Origin: Eledone cirrhosa
Lineage: Eukaryota
Direction: 5' to 3'
DNA: 64,000 bases
Assembly (NCBI GenBank): GCA_964016885.1
Contig: OZ024747.1
Coordinates: 90,024,001 to 90,088,000, forward strand
Notes under the pieces: model-generated
Seen by the model: the letters and a program-made list of their open reading frames with translations, nothing else
What the model was told of the DNA's origin: nothing
Databases searched by the model: none
Translations under genes and position numbers: made by a program
Part shown: piece after piece, positions 10,484 to 23,800 of the stretch
Layout: each line of letters begins with the position of its first letter
Position numbering within the stretch: position 1 is the first letter of the stretch

Positions 10484-10782
10484 CAGAGGCATAACTAGGG
10501 TATGGTAAGGATGGCACATGTCCTGGATGCCACATAAAGGGGGGCGCCACTTGGACTAGGAGCAGATTCTATTAAAGTCAAATAAGCCTCGTCAGAGAAT
10601 GAAAAAAGAAACTCCTTCAGATGTATGATCTGTCTCTGATTATCATGGGTGAGAAAACTATGCTGGCTGGATCATTAAACCATCTATATAAATTATTAGG
10701 CCCATAGGTAAAAATACAGTGCTGGCTAGGGGCACAATTTCACTGCTTGCCATAGGCACTATTTTACCTGGTTATGCCTCTG
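10484..10782. mobile_element. Non-autonomous DNA transposon (hAT-like MITE)
   Basis: 12-bp TIR cagaggcataac / gttatgcctctg; no clean TSD. Confidence 0.6.
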
Positions 10783-10974
10783 ATAAAACTATGCACTGCA
10801 TAAAACTATTTCTCTCAGTGTCACAGGTGTTTTATAGGAGTGAGTATGATTAATTGAACTGCCAATAATATATCACTGTTGCTTATTTTACTAACCCTGA
10901 ATGGTTAAACGCAAAGTTGATCCCAACAGAATTTGAACTCAAGATAAAGATATTTTGATATAAATACTGTAAGG

Positions 10975-11267
10975 CAGTAGTTCCCAAAGTGGGTTCTGTG
11001 GAACCCAAGGGTCCTCAAAGGAGTGTCTGAGGTTCCATGGAAAAAGTAAAGAAGTATATTTATATTACGACCATATAACAGTATTAGATTTGTGGTTCTC
11101 CTAAAGGTGTATATTTATACTACTACCATATAACAGTATTAGACTTTAGGGTTCCCCAAAGGAGTATATTTATATTACTACCATATAACAGTATTGGACT
11201 TTGTGGTTCCCCCAAAAGTTTCTGAACGAAAAAGGGTTCTGTGTTTAAAAAAGTTTGGGAAACCCTG
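10975..11267. mobile_element. hAT-Charlie-like MITE with internal ~55-bp tandem triplication
   Basis: Imperfect TIR cagtagttcccaaa / tttgggaaaccctg; near-perfect 8-bp TSD ctgtaagg/ttgtaagg; repeat units start at 11054, 11109 and 11164. Confidence 0.7.
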
Positions 11268-12351
11268 TTGTAAGGTATTTAGACTGACAAAGTAATAAGT
11301 TGCAGTTTAATGATTAAATCTCTCTGTTATATTGATATTGGTTTTATGGATTCTAGAAGGAGAAAATACAAAATTGACATGGACATGATTTGAACTCGAT
11401 AACTAGAAGGGTTGAAACTAAATACTGTAACATATCTAAATCAGAATTTTACGGCCTGATATTGATTATAAGTGAGTGAGAGCAGGTTATATGAGAGCTA
11501 TAGTGATTATTTTAAGGTTGCTTGTTTTAGTAGAGCAGGTGAGAATGAAAATATTAAACATTTATGTACAAGTCATGGAATAGTGATAATGAGAAATAAT
11601 ACCATGACAACAATGATAGTAATTCATTAGCTTTCCTCTACAGCAAAATATACAGAACTTTACAAGATATAAAGCAGAGAAAAAGAATATGTTTTATCAT
11701 GTATTATATGTTTTCTTAACTTTTAATACTGAATACAAGTAAGATTTTTAGTTTTGAAAACAGTTACGAAATTAATTGTTTGTTTTCTGTTATTGATGTC
11801 ACTGGAAATGGAAAATTATATCTACAAGTTCATACAAAAATATACAATGTTTTAAAAAAAAGAACATTTATGATTTGATGTTTAATATAGTTCCATCTGC
11901 TCATCTGTACAGCAAAACTAAACAATGTAATGTAAAGGCATCTATGGTAATTTGATTAGCATCAAATAACAGCTTACTGAATAAACATATTTCCTTGATA
12001 CATATGAACAGAAAATGTTAAAATTTCTCACGGTGATTTAATTAGTTTCCGATGTTGTTTAAAAAGTAGACTTTTGTTTATTGCATGAAAGTTTACAAAT
12101 GGAGATTTACAATTTGCAGGATATATTATTGTATTTATGAAATATATTGTACAAAATATGACTGAAAACCACACCTAGAAATGAGAAATAATCAAAGGTG
12201 ATGATAATAAAAAAAACAAAAAAAAACAACAAAATATAATAGTATATATTACATATTTATACATTTATTTATTTAATCAATTTAAACTTCTTTGTAGAGC
12301 TGGAAAGCCATGACAAGCAAGAAAAGGTATCTAATACCCTTTATAATTAAG

Positions 12352-12895
12352 AAGAGAGAGAGAGAGGAGGGAGAGACCTAACTATCTCTCTCTCTCTACC
12401 TCTCTCTCTCTACCTACCTAACTATCTCTCTCTCTCTACCTCTCTCTCTCTTTCTACCTAACTATCTCTCTCTCTCTCTCTACCTAACTATCTCTCTCTC
12501 TCTCTCTCTCTCTACCTAACTATCTCTCTCTCTCTCTCTCTCTACCTAACTATCTCTCTCTCTCTCTCTCTCTCTACCTAACTATCTCTCTCTCTCTACC
12601 TACCTAACTATCTCTCTCTCTCTCTGTCAGTGCGTGTGTGTGTGTGTCAGTGTGCGTGTGTCAGTGTGTCAGTGTGTGTGTCTGTGTGTGTGTGTGTCAG
12701 TGTGCGTGTGTCAGTGTGTCAGTGTGTGTGTGTCAGTGTGTGTGTGTGTCAGTGTGCGTGTGTTTGTGTCAGTGTGCGTGTGTGTGTGTGTCAGTGTGTG
12801 TGTGTCAGTGTGTGTGTGTGTGTGTCAGTGTGCGTGTGTCAGTGTGTCAGTGTGTGTGTGTCAGTGTGTGTGAGAGAGAGACTCACACACAGAGA
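12352..12895. repeat. Compound micro/minisatellite: acctaactat(ct)n units then (gt)n-ca units
   Basis: Direct inspection. Confidence 0.9.
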
Positions 12896-13167
12896 AAGAT
12901 AAAGCAAAACTTGTCTTTTATCTTTTCCTTATTTTTGCTTCTGTTTTCTCTCTCAATGTCTCTTTCGTGTTTTTGTTTCTGAATTATTCAGGCTATAAAG
13001 CAATTAAAAGTTTCGGTTGTTGAGTTGTTCAATCTTTTCGTAGCCTCCGTGCATTGCAAGATATTATTTATGGTTGGCAGACCCTTGAGAAAATGTTACA
13101 TCACCAATCTTGTAAGAATAACAGAGAGGTTTGAAGAGAACATTGTTTTCTTGCATATTTCAATGAA

Positions 13168-13282
13168 TATTATAAATCTTATATATATTATAAATCTTAT
13201 ATATATTATACATCTTATATATATTATACATCTTATATATATTATACATCTTATATATATTATACATCTTATATATATATCA
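13168..13282. repeat. 18-bp minisatellite (tatatatattatacatct), ~6 copies
   Basis: Direct inspection. Confidence 0.85.
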
Positions 13283-13499
13283 TGTTTTTAACAATCGACT
13301 TTTGTCAAATCGGACTGAGGAAACAATGTTTCCATTGGTCTTTAATAATAATTGTTTGCAAATAATAATAATAATTTCTAACTAGTCACAAGGCCAGAAA
13401 TTTATATGATCTCACTACTTCACTGGTACTTTGTTTTATTGACCGTCCCCACCCTCACCCCAGAAGAATGAAAAGCAATGTTGACCTTGGTGGAATTAG

Positions 13500-15130
13500 A
13501 AAACATTCTTTAAGAAATCTGATTTGACATTCAGTATCTGACAAAAGTTTCAATGGTGGAATTTTAAGGTCCAAAACCTGATTTTCTACATTCTTCTGTG
13601 CTATTTATATAAATATCTGACCTCTTTCAATGTTCCTTAATTCAGCTCTCTAGTTTAAAAATGTTGCCTCTACATCAAACTGCTCTTTAAATTATTCAGT
13701 GGCACCTTAAAGTTGTTTCAGTCAATCATCTGTAACATTTCCAAATCCAGATTGTCTTAAGTTACACTGGCAACACATGTATGAGTCTTTGCAGTTTCTT
13801 CAAATGACCTCATCTTAGTGAATCTGAAAGAAAATGTTTCTTTGGTTGACTAAATTATGCTTGCTAATTGCTTTTGAACATTCAGAGTATGTTTTCTTGC
13901 AAATTTAAAGATCAGTCATATTATTATTAAGGTTTGGGAATACATAGAAGTATCATTGTCAGCATCTTTTTGAAAACAGTTTTAGTTTTATTTCAAAGGT
14001 ATTTATGTCATCAAACATAACATCATGTATTTTGTCAGATCTGCATAAATTGATATTCCAGTCATTTAAATGTGAAGATAAATTTGTAAGAACAAAACAT
14101 TAATCTACCAATCCACACAACATTAAATAGTACTTGACAAGAATATTTTTCTTTCATCAAAAACACAAATTTCATCCAAATATTCAACAAATCTTTTAAA
14201 GGCAGAGTTACAACCAAGCTATTAAACAACATACTACATAAATACTGATTTCACCTCACTCACTAAATTATGAAACTTTATTTTTATTTTTTCAAACCAT
14301 GCATAGATATACAATTAAATAACTTGGTTTCAATTTATATCACATTTTCAATATTTTTTTAACCCTTTAGCATTTAAACTGACCGTATCTGGCCAGAATT
14401 CTCTCACCTCTTTCTGTTTAAAATGGCTATAACTGGCTGCTCATACTTATGTTAAGGTTTTGTTCTCAAAATAAATAATATCAAAATCTCATAGATTCAA
14501 TATTATGTGAGATAATAATGTGAAATAAAGTGTTTACTGTGAAAATACAATAGCAAATATAGAGTAATGTAAATGTTAAAGGGTAAAGGCCAATTTTGCA
14601 TGCAATACTCCTCATATACAATGCATTAAAAGGCTTCCGATGGATGTCCAATATATTGTGAAATAATTCATAAAACCTGCTTCTCTGTTATCAGTTGTCA
14701 CAGAAACTGTTTTAGTAAAAGATTAATTTGTCAATTAGAGAAGTCATTTATATATTTCAACCTTTGGTATATTCTCAGGTAATGTTACACAGTTAAACGG
14801 GTCTTTATATATGTCTGCAACCCTACAAAATCAAGTAATAAGGGCTAGCCTAGCAGATAGTATCACATCTGTACTCTTATATAAACAACTTAAAAGGAAT
14901 TTACATGAAGCAATATATTTTGTTAGCTTTTCTTATATACTTGTTTTTATCTTTAATATTGTATATTTTACACTTTCTAATCTCTGGCAATTCTCTGCTG
15001 GATAATTTTTCTCTTTTATGGAAAGTCATCAATAATGAAGCACATTCTGGCCAAGATTCCTTAATATACTCTCCATCACAGAATGTTTTTTCATATTTAG
15101 CAATAATTCTTAAATTAATCAGCAATTAAA
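13500..15130 (-). pseudogene. Decayed hAT (Charlie/SPIN/GTF2IRD2-like) transposase
   Basis: Minus-strand fragments occur in the expected order: IAKYEKTFCDGEYIKESW.EC, VSVTTD, HCI..EE.LHA, LKRFVEYLDEICVF, LTNLSSHLNDWNINL, SYMC. It carries many stops and frameshifts and is interrupted by the MITE at 14359-14587. Confidence 0.65.
14359..14587 (+). mobile_element. piggyBac-like MITE family A copy
   Basis: TTAA-CCCTTTAGCATT ... AATGTTAAAGGG-TAAA; contains one satellite monomer. Confidence 0.85.
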
Positions 15131-15516
15131 TTTAAACTGTGAAGCATGTGGCTTAGTGGTTAGAGAGTTAGATTTGCAATCGTGAAGTTGCGAGTTCAAT
15201 TCACCTCTCCTAACATATGTGCGTTATTTAGTCTTCTAAGAAATTTAGTAGTGAGGGGTATACTGGTTGTGAAATATCCATTGAAAAGCATCGTACCAGT
15301 GAATCTCTTCATTGAATTGCGAAAGAGTGCTACCTGAAAGCTGTCTGGATACTTGATAGTTATCACAGTAGGTTTATATATCTTGATTTATCCTTTTAAT
15401 TGAGTTCTGTGAACCATACCATATTTAATCAGTATTTTCTTCACCCAGGCAGTTTCTGTACCTTGTGATTTGAATGCCTATAGTTATACATCTGTGTTCA
15501 TCTCTTTTTACTGTGT

Positions 15517-15553
<37 letters not shown>

Positions 15554-15723
15554 ATAAGGTAATGAATTCTTTTACAATGGAATTAGCTCGAAGGAGGAAA
15601 ACACCCACTGAGCCGTGTACAAACTAACATGCACGTGATGAAACACAGATACCAACACATCCGTATATATATTGCAAAAGAAAAATTTAGCCAGATTGAA
15701 GTACTTCAATCTGGCTAAATTTT

Positions 15724-15997
15724 CTCCAGTTTACTCAGCTGTAGAAATGAGTGGAATGCAGTCCCTATCATTCCACTGCAAAGTGGACGTGGAGGTGCCA
15801 CGGCAAAAAAGCACCCAGCCCACACTGTAAAGTGGACGTGTAGGCGCCACGGAAAAAAAGCACCCAGCACTCACTGTAAATGAGGTTGGTGTTAGGAAGG
15901 GCATCCAGCTGTAGAAATCAAGCCAGAATCAGTTCCCGTCCCACCCTTGCAAGCAGGGAAAAGCGGACGTAAAATGAAATGATGATGAAATGATGAT
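15724..15997 (+). mobile_element. 5'-truncated SINE ((GAT)n-tail family)
   Basis: Matches 42179 onward and the reverse complement of 60916-61147. Confidence 0.75.
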
Positions 15998-16991
15998 ATA
16001 TAATATATATATGATATATAATATATATATATATATATCATCATCATCATCATCGTTTAACTTCCATCTTCCACGCTAGCATGGATTAGACGGTTTTTTT
16101 TCCATTTGATGTGAGAATGGCCGGGAAACCATGTCTCGCTCGCACAGAAGCGTCTCTGGCAAGTTATTTTTACATATATATATATATTAAAATTAATTCT
16201 AATTATGGGACTATAAAAAAGATAGACAAAAAAGTATTCTATCTAAACTCGCTGATATATAGATCTTCCTAGCAGGGTTTCATATGGGGAATAATTCTTA
16301 TTGGAAGCACCAATAATTGCATACTCTTCAGAGAAGTTTAATTCTTCAAGAGCTAAGAGAAATTGAACAAGATATAATAAATACTGTTTCATTTGCCAAG
16401 GCAGCATTGTGGAATAAAAACACGTATAGTGTTTTGTTATCAAAATCCTCTTGCATATTAGGACTATTTGACAGACTTATAATATCACTAGAAATAGCAG
16501 CCAAAAGACCGTCTTGTACAGCTCAACAAATTAAGGAGCAGTTTAATATTAATTGAAGGTTAATTAGTCTCTAATACTTAAATGTCTCAATGAGAGAAAT
16601 CTCTCAGAGAAGCAATAATATATATTAAAATTAAGTGAGAAAAAAATTCTAATTATATATATATATGTATGTATGTATGTATATGTATTGATAAAAACAA
16701 TGAAGTTTTATTTGCATGTATTTAGTTCTTTTTATTATGTATCAACCTGTTAAGCATGTTTCACAGAGGATTAGCTCAGGGTCACCAATAGAGGTTATAG
16801 ACCTGTTCTTCAGACTGGTGATCTGACAAAAAAATATAGTGTTTGTTTTGGTACCACCACCAGTAATTCACTGAATTACCTACACTCCATCTCCAACTTA
16901 CTTTTGAAAAGCATAAGAACTGCAAAACCAATAAAGAAAATAAATAAATATTCTTATAAAGACTGCAATTGCATTTTTGATTTCTTTTCCT

Positions 16992-17023
<32 letters not shown>

Positions 17024-17895
17024 CGTGTAGTTGAAAAAGGGGTAAAGTTCCACATAAATCAAGGATTATAGGTAAAAAGTATAAATAATTACCAACCTTT
17101 GGTCTTCTTTTCAATGTAATATTTGCTCTTAAACATCTGAAATAAGGAGTTCATACAAGTAAAATTGTATGTAGCCTTCTGAGTAGTTTAAGAGTAGTTT
17201 ACTGTAATAAATGTCATATTTGGAGCTGTAATAACTTCATCTACGTTTATCAGTTTTCATATTTGAAAACGTTTTATTCTAAATTAATATATACATATAT
17301 ATATATGTGTGTGTGTGTGTGTGTCGGTGTGTGTGTATTTGTATGTGTTCATGTGTGTGTTTGTATGTGTGTGTGTGTTCATATGTGTGATTGTATGTGT
17401 GTGTTTGTGTTAGTGGTTTTGTATGTCTATGTCTGTAGCAAAGAAAAGCAAAACATTACCACAAAAATATCAACATGTTTTGTACCAGATGAATGTTAAC
17501 AGGATAACTACAAGAAAATGAATTATTATCAATTACACCAGTAATTTCTTCTTTTGTTCATAAACTATACTATATAAGTAAATGAATAGGGAGAAATAGT
17601 GATAATGACTTTCTGAATGTTATATATAAATACTAAACATTGTTTACAGATGTTGCTCTTGTTATTTCTTGTCTATGTCATATCTTGACATATTTTTTGC
17701 TGAAATCATCCAATTTTTGGGGATCTGTGGATATTGTTTGTGAGACAATGTAAAATATTGAAAATAGTATTGAAGCAATTTGTAGAAAATTTCTGACAAT
17801 GCACATATATGTATATATGACTTCTATTACTTCATATTAAATATGAAGATTTTCAGAAGGGCGATTGAGTATGACATTTGTGTATTAGTGCGAAT

Positions 17896-20800
17896 TTAAC
17901 CCTTTAGCATTTAAACCAACTGTATCTGGCCAGAATTCTCTCACCTCTTTCTGTTTAAACTGGCTATGTATATCTGGCCAGAATTCTCTCACATCTTTCT
18001 GTTTAAACTGGCTGTATCTGGCCAGAATTCTCTCACCTCTTTCTGTTTAAACCTGGCTGTATCTGGCCAGAATTCTCTCACCTCTTTCTGTTTAAATCTG
18101 GCTGTATCTGGCCAGAATTCTCTCACATCTTTCTGTTTAAACTGGCTGTATCTCTCCAGAATTCTCTCACCTCTTTCTGTTTAAATCTGGCTGTAGCTGG
18201 CCAGAGTTCTCTCACCTCTTTCTGTTTAAACCAACTGTATCTGGCCAGAATTCTCTCACCTCTTTCTGTTTAAACCAACTGTATCTGGCCAGAATCCTCT
18301 CACCTCTTTCTGTTCAAACTGGCTGTATCTGGCCAGAATTCTCTCACCTCTTTCTGTTTGAACTGGCTGTATCTGGCCAGAATTCTCTCACCTCTTTCTG
18401 TTTAAACCAACTGTATCTGGCCAGAATTCTCTCACCTCTTTCTGTTTAAACCAACTGTATCTGGCCAGAATTCTCTCACCTCTTTCTGTTTAAAGCTGGC
18501 TGTATGTGGCCAGAATTCTCTCACCTCTTTCTATTCAAACTGGCTGTATCTGGCCAGAATTCTCTCACCTCTTTCTGTTTAAACCAACAGTATCTGGCCA
18601 GAATTCTCTCACCTCTTTCTGTTTAAACCAACAGTATCTGGCCAGAATTCTCTCACCTCTTTCTGTTTAAAGCTGGCTGTATCTGGCCAGAATTCTCTCA
18701 CCTCTTTCTATTCAAACTGGCTGTATCTGGCCAGAATTCTCTCACCTCTTTCTGTTTAAACCAACTGTATCTGGCCAGAATTCTCTCACCTCTTTCTGTT
18801 TAAACCAACAGTATCTGGCCAGAATTCTCTCACCTCTTTCTGTTTAAAGCTGGCTGTATGTGGCCAGAATTCTCTCACCTCTTTCTATTTAAACTGGCTG
18901 TATCTGGCCAGAATTCTCTCACCTCTTTCTGTTTAAAGCTGGCTGTATGTGGCCAGAATTCTCTCACCTCTTTCTATTCAAACTGGCTGTATCTGGCCAG
19001 AATTCTCTCACCTCTTTCTGTTTAAACCAACAGTATCTGGCCAGAATTCTCTCACCTCTTTCTGTTTAAACCAACAGTATCTGGCCAGAATTCTCTCACC
19101 TCTTTCTGTTTAAAGCTGGCTGTATCTGGCCAGAATTCTCTCACCTCTTTCTATTCAAACTGGCTGTATCTGGCCAGAATTCTCTCACCTCTTTCTGTTT
19201 AAACCAACTGTATCTGGCCAGAATTCTCTCACCTCTTTCTGTTTAAACCAACAGTATCTGGCCAGAATTCTCTCACCTCTTTCTGTTTAAAGCTGGCTGT
19301 ATGTGGCCAGAATTCTCTCACCTCTTTCTATTTAAACTGGCTGTATCTGGCCAGAATTCTCTCACCTCTTTCTGTTTAAACCTGGCTGTATCTGGCCAGA
19401 ATTCTCTCACCTCTTTCTATTTAAATCTGGCTGTATCTGGCCAGAATTCTCTCACCTCTTTCTGTTTAAACGAACTGTATCTGGCCAGAATTCTCTCACC
19501 TCTTTCTGTTTAAACTGGCTGTATCTGGCCAGAATTCTCTCACCTCTTTCTGTTCAAACTAGCTGTATCTGGCCAGAATTCTCTCACCTCTTTCTGTTTA
19601 AACCAACTGTATCTGGCCAGAATTCTCTCACCTCTTTCTGTTTAAAGCTGGCTGTATGTGGCCAGAATTCTCTCACCTCTTTCTATTCAAACTGGCTGTA
19701 TCTGGCCAGAATTCTCTCACCTCTTTCTGTTTAAACCAACAGTATCTGGCCAGAATTCTCTCACCTCTTTCTATTTAAACTGGCTGTATCTGGCCAGAAT
19801 TTTCTCACCTCTTTCTGTTTAAACCTGGCTGTATCTGGCCAGAATTCTCTCACCTCTTTCTGTTTAAATCTGTCTGTATCTGACCAGAATTCTCTTACCT
19901 CTTTCTGTTTAGACCTGGCTGTATCTGGCCAGAATTCTATCACCTCTTTCTGTTTAAATCTGGCTGTATCTGGCCAGAATTCTCTCACCTCTTTCTGTTT
20001 AAACCAACAGTATCTGGCCAGAATTCTCTCACCTCTTTCTGTTTAAACTGGCTGTATCTGGCCAGAATTCTCTCACCTCTTTCTGTTTAAACCTGGCTGT
20101 ATCTGGCCAGAATTCTCTCACCTCTTTCTGTTTAAACTGGCTGTATCTGGCCAGAATTCTCTCACCTCTTTCTGTTCAAACTGGCTGTATCTGGCCAGAA
20201 TTCTCTCACCTCTTTCTGTTCAAATTGGCTGTATCTGGCCAGAATTCTCTCACCTCTTTCTGTTTAAACCAACTGTATCTGGCCAGAATTCTCCACCTCT
20301 TTCTGTTTAAACCAACTGTATCTGGCCAGAATTCTCCACCTCTTTCTGTTTAAACTGGCTGTATCTGGCCAGAATTCTCTCACCTCTTTCTGTTTAAACT
20401 GGCTGTATCTGGCCAGAATTCTCTCACCTCTTTCTGTTTAAACCAACTGTATCTGGCCAGAATTCTCTCACCTCTTTCTGTTTAAAGCTGGCTGTATGTG
20501 GCCAGAATTCTCTCACCTCTTTCTATTTAAACTGGCTGTATCTGGCCAGAATTCTCTCACCTCTTTCTGTTCAAACTGGCTGTATCTGGCCAGAATTCTC
20601 TCACCTCTTTCTGTTTAAATCTGGCTGTATCTGGCCAGAATTCTCTCACCTCTTTCTGTTTAAATGAACTGTATCTGGCCAGAATTCTCTCACCTCTTTC
20701 TGTTTAAACTGGCTGTATCTGGCCAGAATTCTCTCACCTCTTTCTGTTTAAACCAACTGTATCTGGCCAGAATTCTCTCACCTCTTTCTGTTTAAACCAA

Positions 20801-23800
20801 CTGTATCTGGCCAGAATTCTCTCACCTCTTTCTGTTCAAACTGGCTGTATCTGGCCAGAATTCTCTCACCTCTTTCTGTTTGAACTGGCTGTATCTGGCC
20901 AGAATTCTCTCACCTCTTTCTGTTTAAACCAACTGTATCTGGCCAGAATTCTCTCACCTCTTTCTGTTTAAACCAACTGTATCTGGCCAGAATTCTCTCA
21001 CCTCTTTCTGTTTAAAGCTGGCTGTATGTGGCCAGAATTCTCTCACCTCTTTCTATTCAAACTGGCTGTATCTGGCCAGAATTCTCTCACCTCTTTCTGT
21101 TTAAACCAACAGTATCTGGCCAGAATTCTCTCACCTCTTTCTGTTTAAACCAACAGTATCTGGCCAGAATTCTCTCACCTCTTTCTGTTTAAAGCTGGCT
21201 GTATCTGGCCAGAATTCTCTCACCTCTTTCTATTCAAACTGGCTGTATCTGGCCAGAATTCTCTCACCTCTTTCTATTCAAACTGGCTGTATCTGGCCAG
21301 AATTCTCTCACCTCTTTCTGTTTAAACCAACTGTATCTGGCCAGAATTCTCTCACCTCTTTCTGTTTAAACCAACAGTATCTGGCCAGAATTCTCTCACC
21401 TCTTTCTGTTTAAAGCTGGCTGTATGTGGCCAGAATTCTCTCACCTCTTTCTATTTAAACTGGCTGTATCTGGCCAGAATTCTCTCACCTCTTTCTGTTT
21501 AAACCTGGCTGTATCTGGCCAGAATTCTCTCACCTCTTTCTGTTTAAATCTGGCTGTATCTGGCCAGAATTCTCTCACCTCTTTCTGTTTAAACGAACTG
21601 TATCTGGCCAGAATTCTCTCACCTCTTTCTGTTTAAACTGGCTGTATCTGGCCAGAATTCTCTCACCTCTTTCTGTTCAAACTAGCTGTATCTGGCCAGA
21701 ATTCTCTCACCTCTTTCTGTTTAAACCAACTGTATCTGGCCAGAATTCTCTCACCTCTTTCTGTTTAAACCAACTGTATCTGGCCAGAATTCTCTCACGT
21801 CTTTCTGTTTAAAGCTGGCTGTATGTGGCCAGAATTCTCTCACCTCTTTCTATTCAAACTGGCTGTATCTGGCCAGAATTCTCTCACCTCTTTCTGTTTA
21901 AACCAACAGTATCTGGCCAGTATTCTCTCACCTCTTTCTATTTAAACTGGCTGTATCTGGCCAGAATTTTCTCACCTCTTTCTGTTTAAACCTGGCTGTA
22001 TCTGGCCAGAATTCTCTCACCTCTTTCTGTTTAAATCTGGCTGTATCTGGCCAGAATTCTCTTACCTCTTTCTGTTTAGACCTGGCTGTATCTGGCCAGA
22101 ATTCTATCACCTCTTTCTGTTTAAATCTGGATGTATCTGGCCAGAATTCTCTCACCTCTTTCTGTTTAAACCAACAGTATCTGGCCAGAATTCTCTCACC
22201 TCTTTCTGTTTAAACTGGCTGTATCTGGCCAGAATTCTCTCACCTCTTTCTGTTTAAATCTGGCTGTATCTGGCCAGAATTCTCTCACCTCTTTCTGTTT
22301 AAACTGGCTGTATCTGGCCAGAATTCTCTCACCTCTTTCTGTTCAAACTGGCTGTATCTGGCCAGAATTCTCTCACCTCTTTCTGTTCAAATTGGCTGTA
22401 TCTGGCCAGAATTCTCTCACCTCTTTCTGTTTAAATCTGGCTGTATCTGGCCAGAATTCTCTCACCTCTTTCTGTTTAAACCAACAGTATCTGGCCAGAA
22501 TTCTCCACCTCTTTCTGTTTAAACTGGCTGTATCTGGCCAGAATTCTCTCATCTCTTTCTGTTTAAACTGGCTGTATCTGGCCAGAATTCTCTCACCTCT
22601 TTCTGTTTAAACCAACTGTATCTGGCCAGAATTCTCTCACCTCTTTCTGTTTAAAGCTGGCTGTATGTGGCCAGAATTCTCTCACCTCTTTCTATTTAAA
22701 CTGGCTGTATCTGGCCAGAATTCTCTCACCTCTTTCTGTTCAAACTGGCTGTATCTGGCCAGAATTCTCTCACCTCTTTCTGTTTAAATCTGGCTGTATC
22801 TGGCCAGAATTCTCTCACCTCTTTCTGTTTAAACGAACTGTATCTGGCCAGAATTCTCTCACCTCTTTCTGTTTAAACTGGCTGTATCTGGCCAGAATTC
22901 TCTCACCTCTTTCTGTTTAAACCAACTGTATCTGGCCAGAATTCTCTCACCTCTTTCTGTTTAAACTGGCTGTATCTGGCCAGAATTCTCTCACCTCTTT
23001 CTGTTCAAACTGGCTGTATCTGGCCAGAATTCTCTCACCTCTTTCTGTTCAAATTGGCTGTATCTGGCCAGAATTCTCTCACCTCTTTTTGTTTAAATCT
23101 GGCTGTATCTGGCCAGAATTCTCTCACCTCTTTCTGTTTAAACCAACAGTATCTGGCCAGAATTCTCCACCTCTTTCTGTTTAAACTGGCTGTATCTGGC
23201 CAGAATTCTCTCATCTCTTTCTGTTTAAACTGGCTGTATCTGGCCAGAATTCTCTCACCTCTTTCTGTTTAAACCAACTGTATCTGGCCAGAATTCTCTC
23301 ACCTCTTTCTGTTTAAAGCTGGCTGTATGTGGCCAGAATTCTCTCACCTCTTTCTATTTAAACTGGCTGTATCTGGCCAGAATTCTCTCACCTCTTTCTG
23401 TTCAAACTGGCTGTATCTGGCCAGAATTCTCTCACCTCTTTCTGTTTAAATCTGGCTGTATCTGGCCAGAATTCTCTCACCTCTTTCTGTTTAAACGAAC
23501 TGTATCTGGCCAGAATTCTCTCACCTCTTTCTGTTTAAACTGGCTGTATCTGGCCAGAATTCTCTCACCTCTTTCTGTTTAAACCAACTGTATCTGGCCA
23601 GAATTCTCTCACCTCTTTCTGTTTAAACCAACTGTATCTGGCCAGAATTCTCTCACTTCTGTCTGTTTGAAGCTGGCTGTATGTGGCCAGAATTCTCTCA
23701 CCTCTTTCTATTCAAACTGGCTGTATCTGGCCAGAATTCTCTCACCTCTTTCTGTTTAAACCAACAGTATCTGGCCAGAATTCTCTCACCTCTTTCTATT

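Noticed and set aside
16243-16556. Short ORFs, one weakly reminiscent of a Tc1 HTH (TAQQIKEQFN)
   Set aside because: There is too little motif evidence, and no TIRs or DDE segment are seen.
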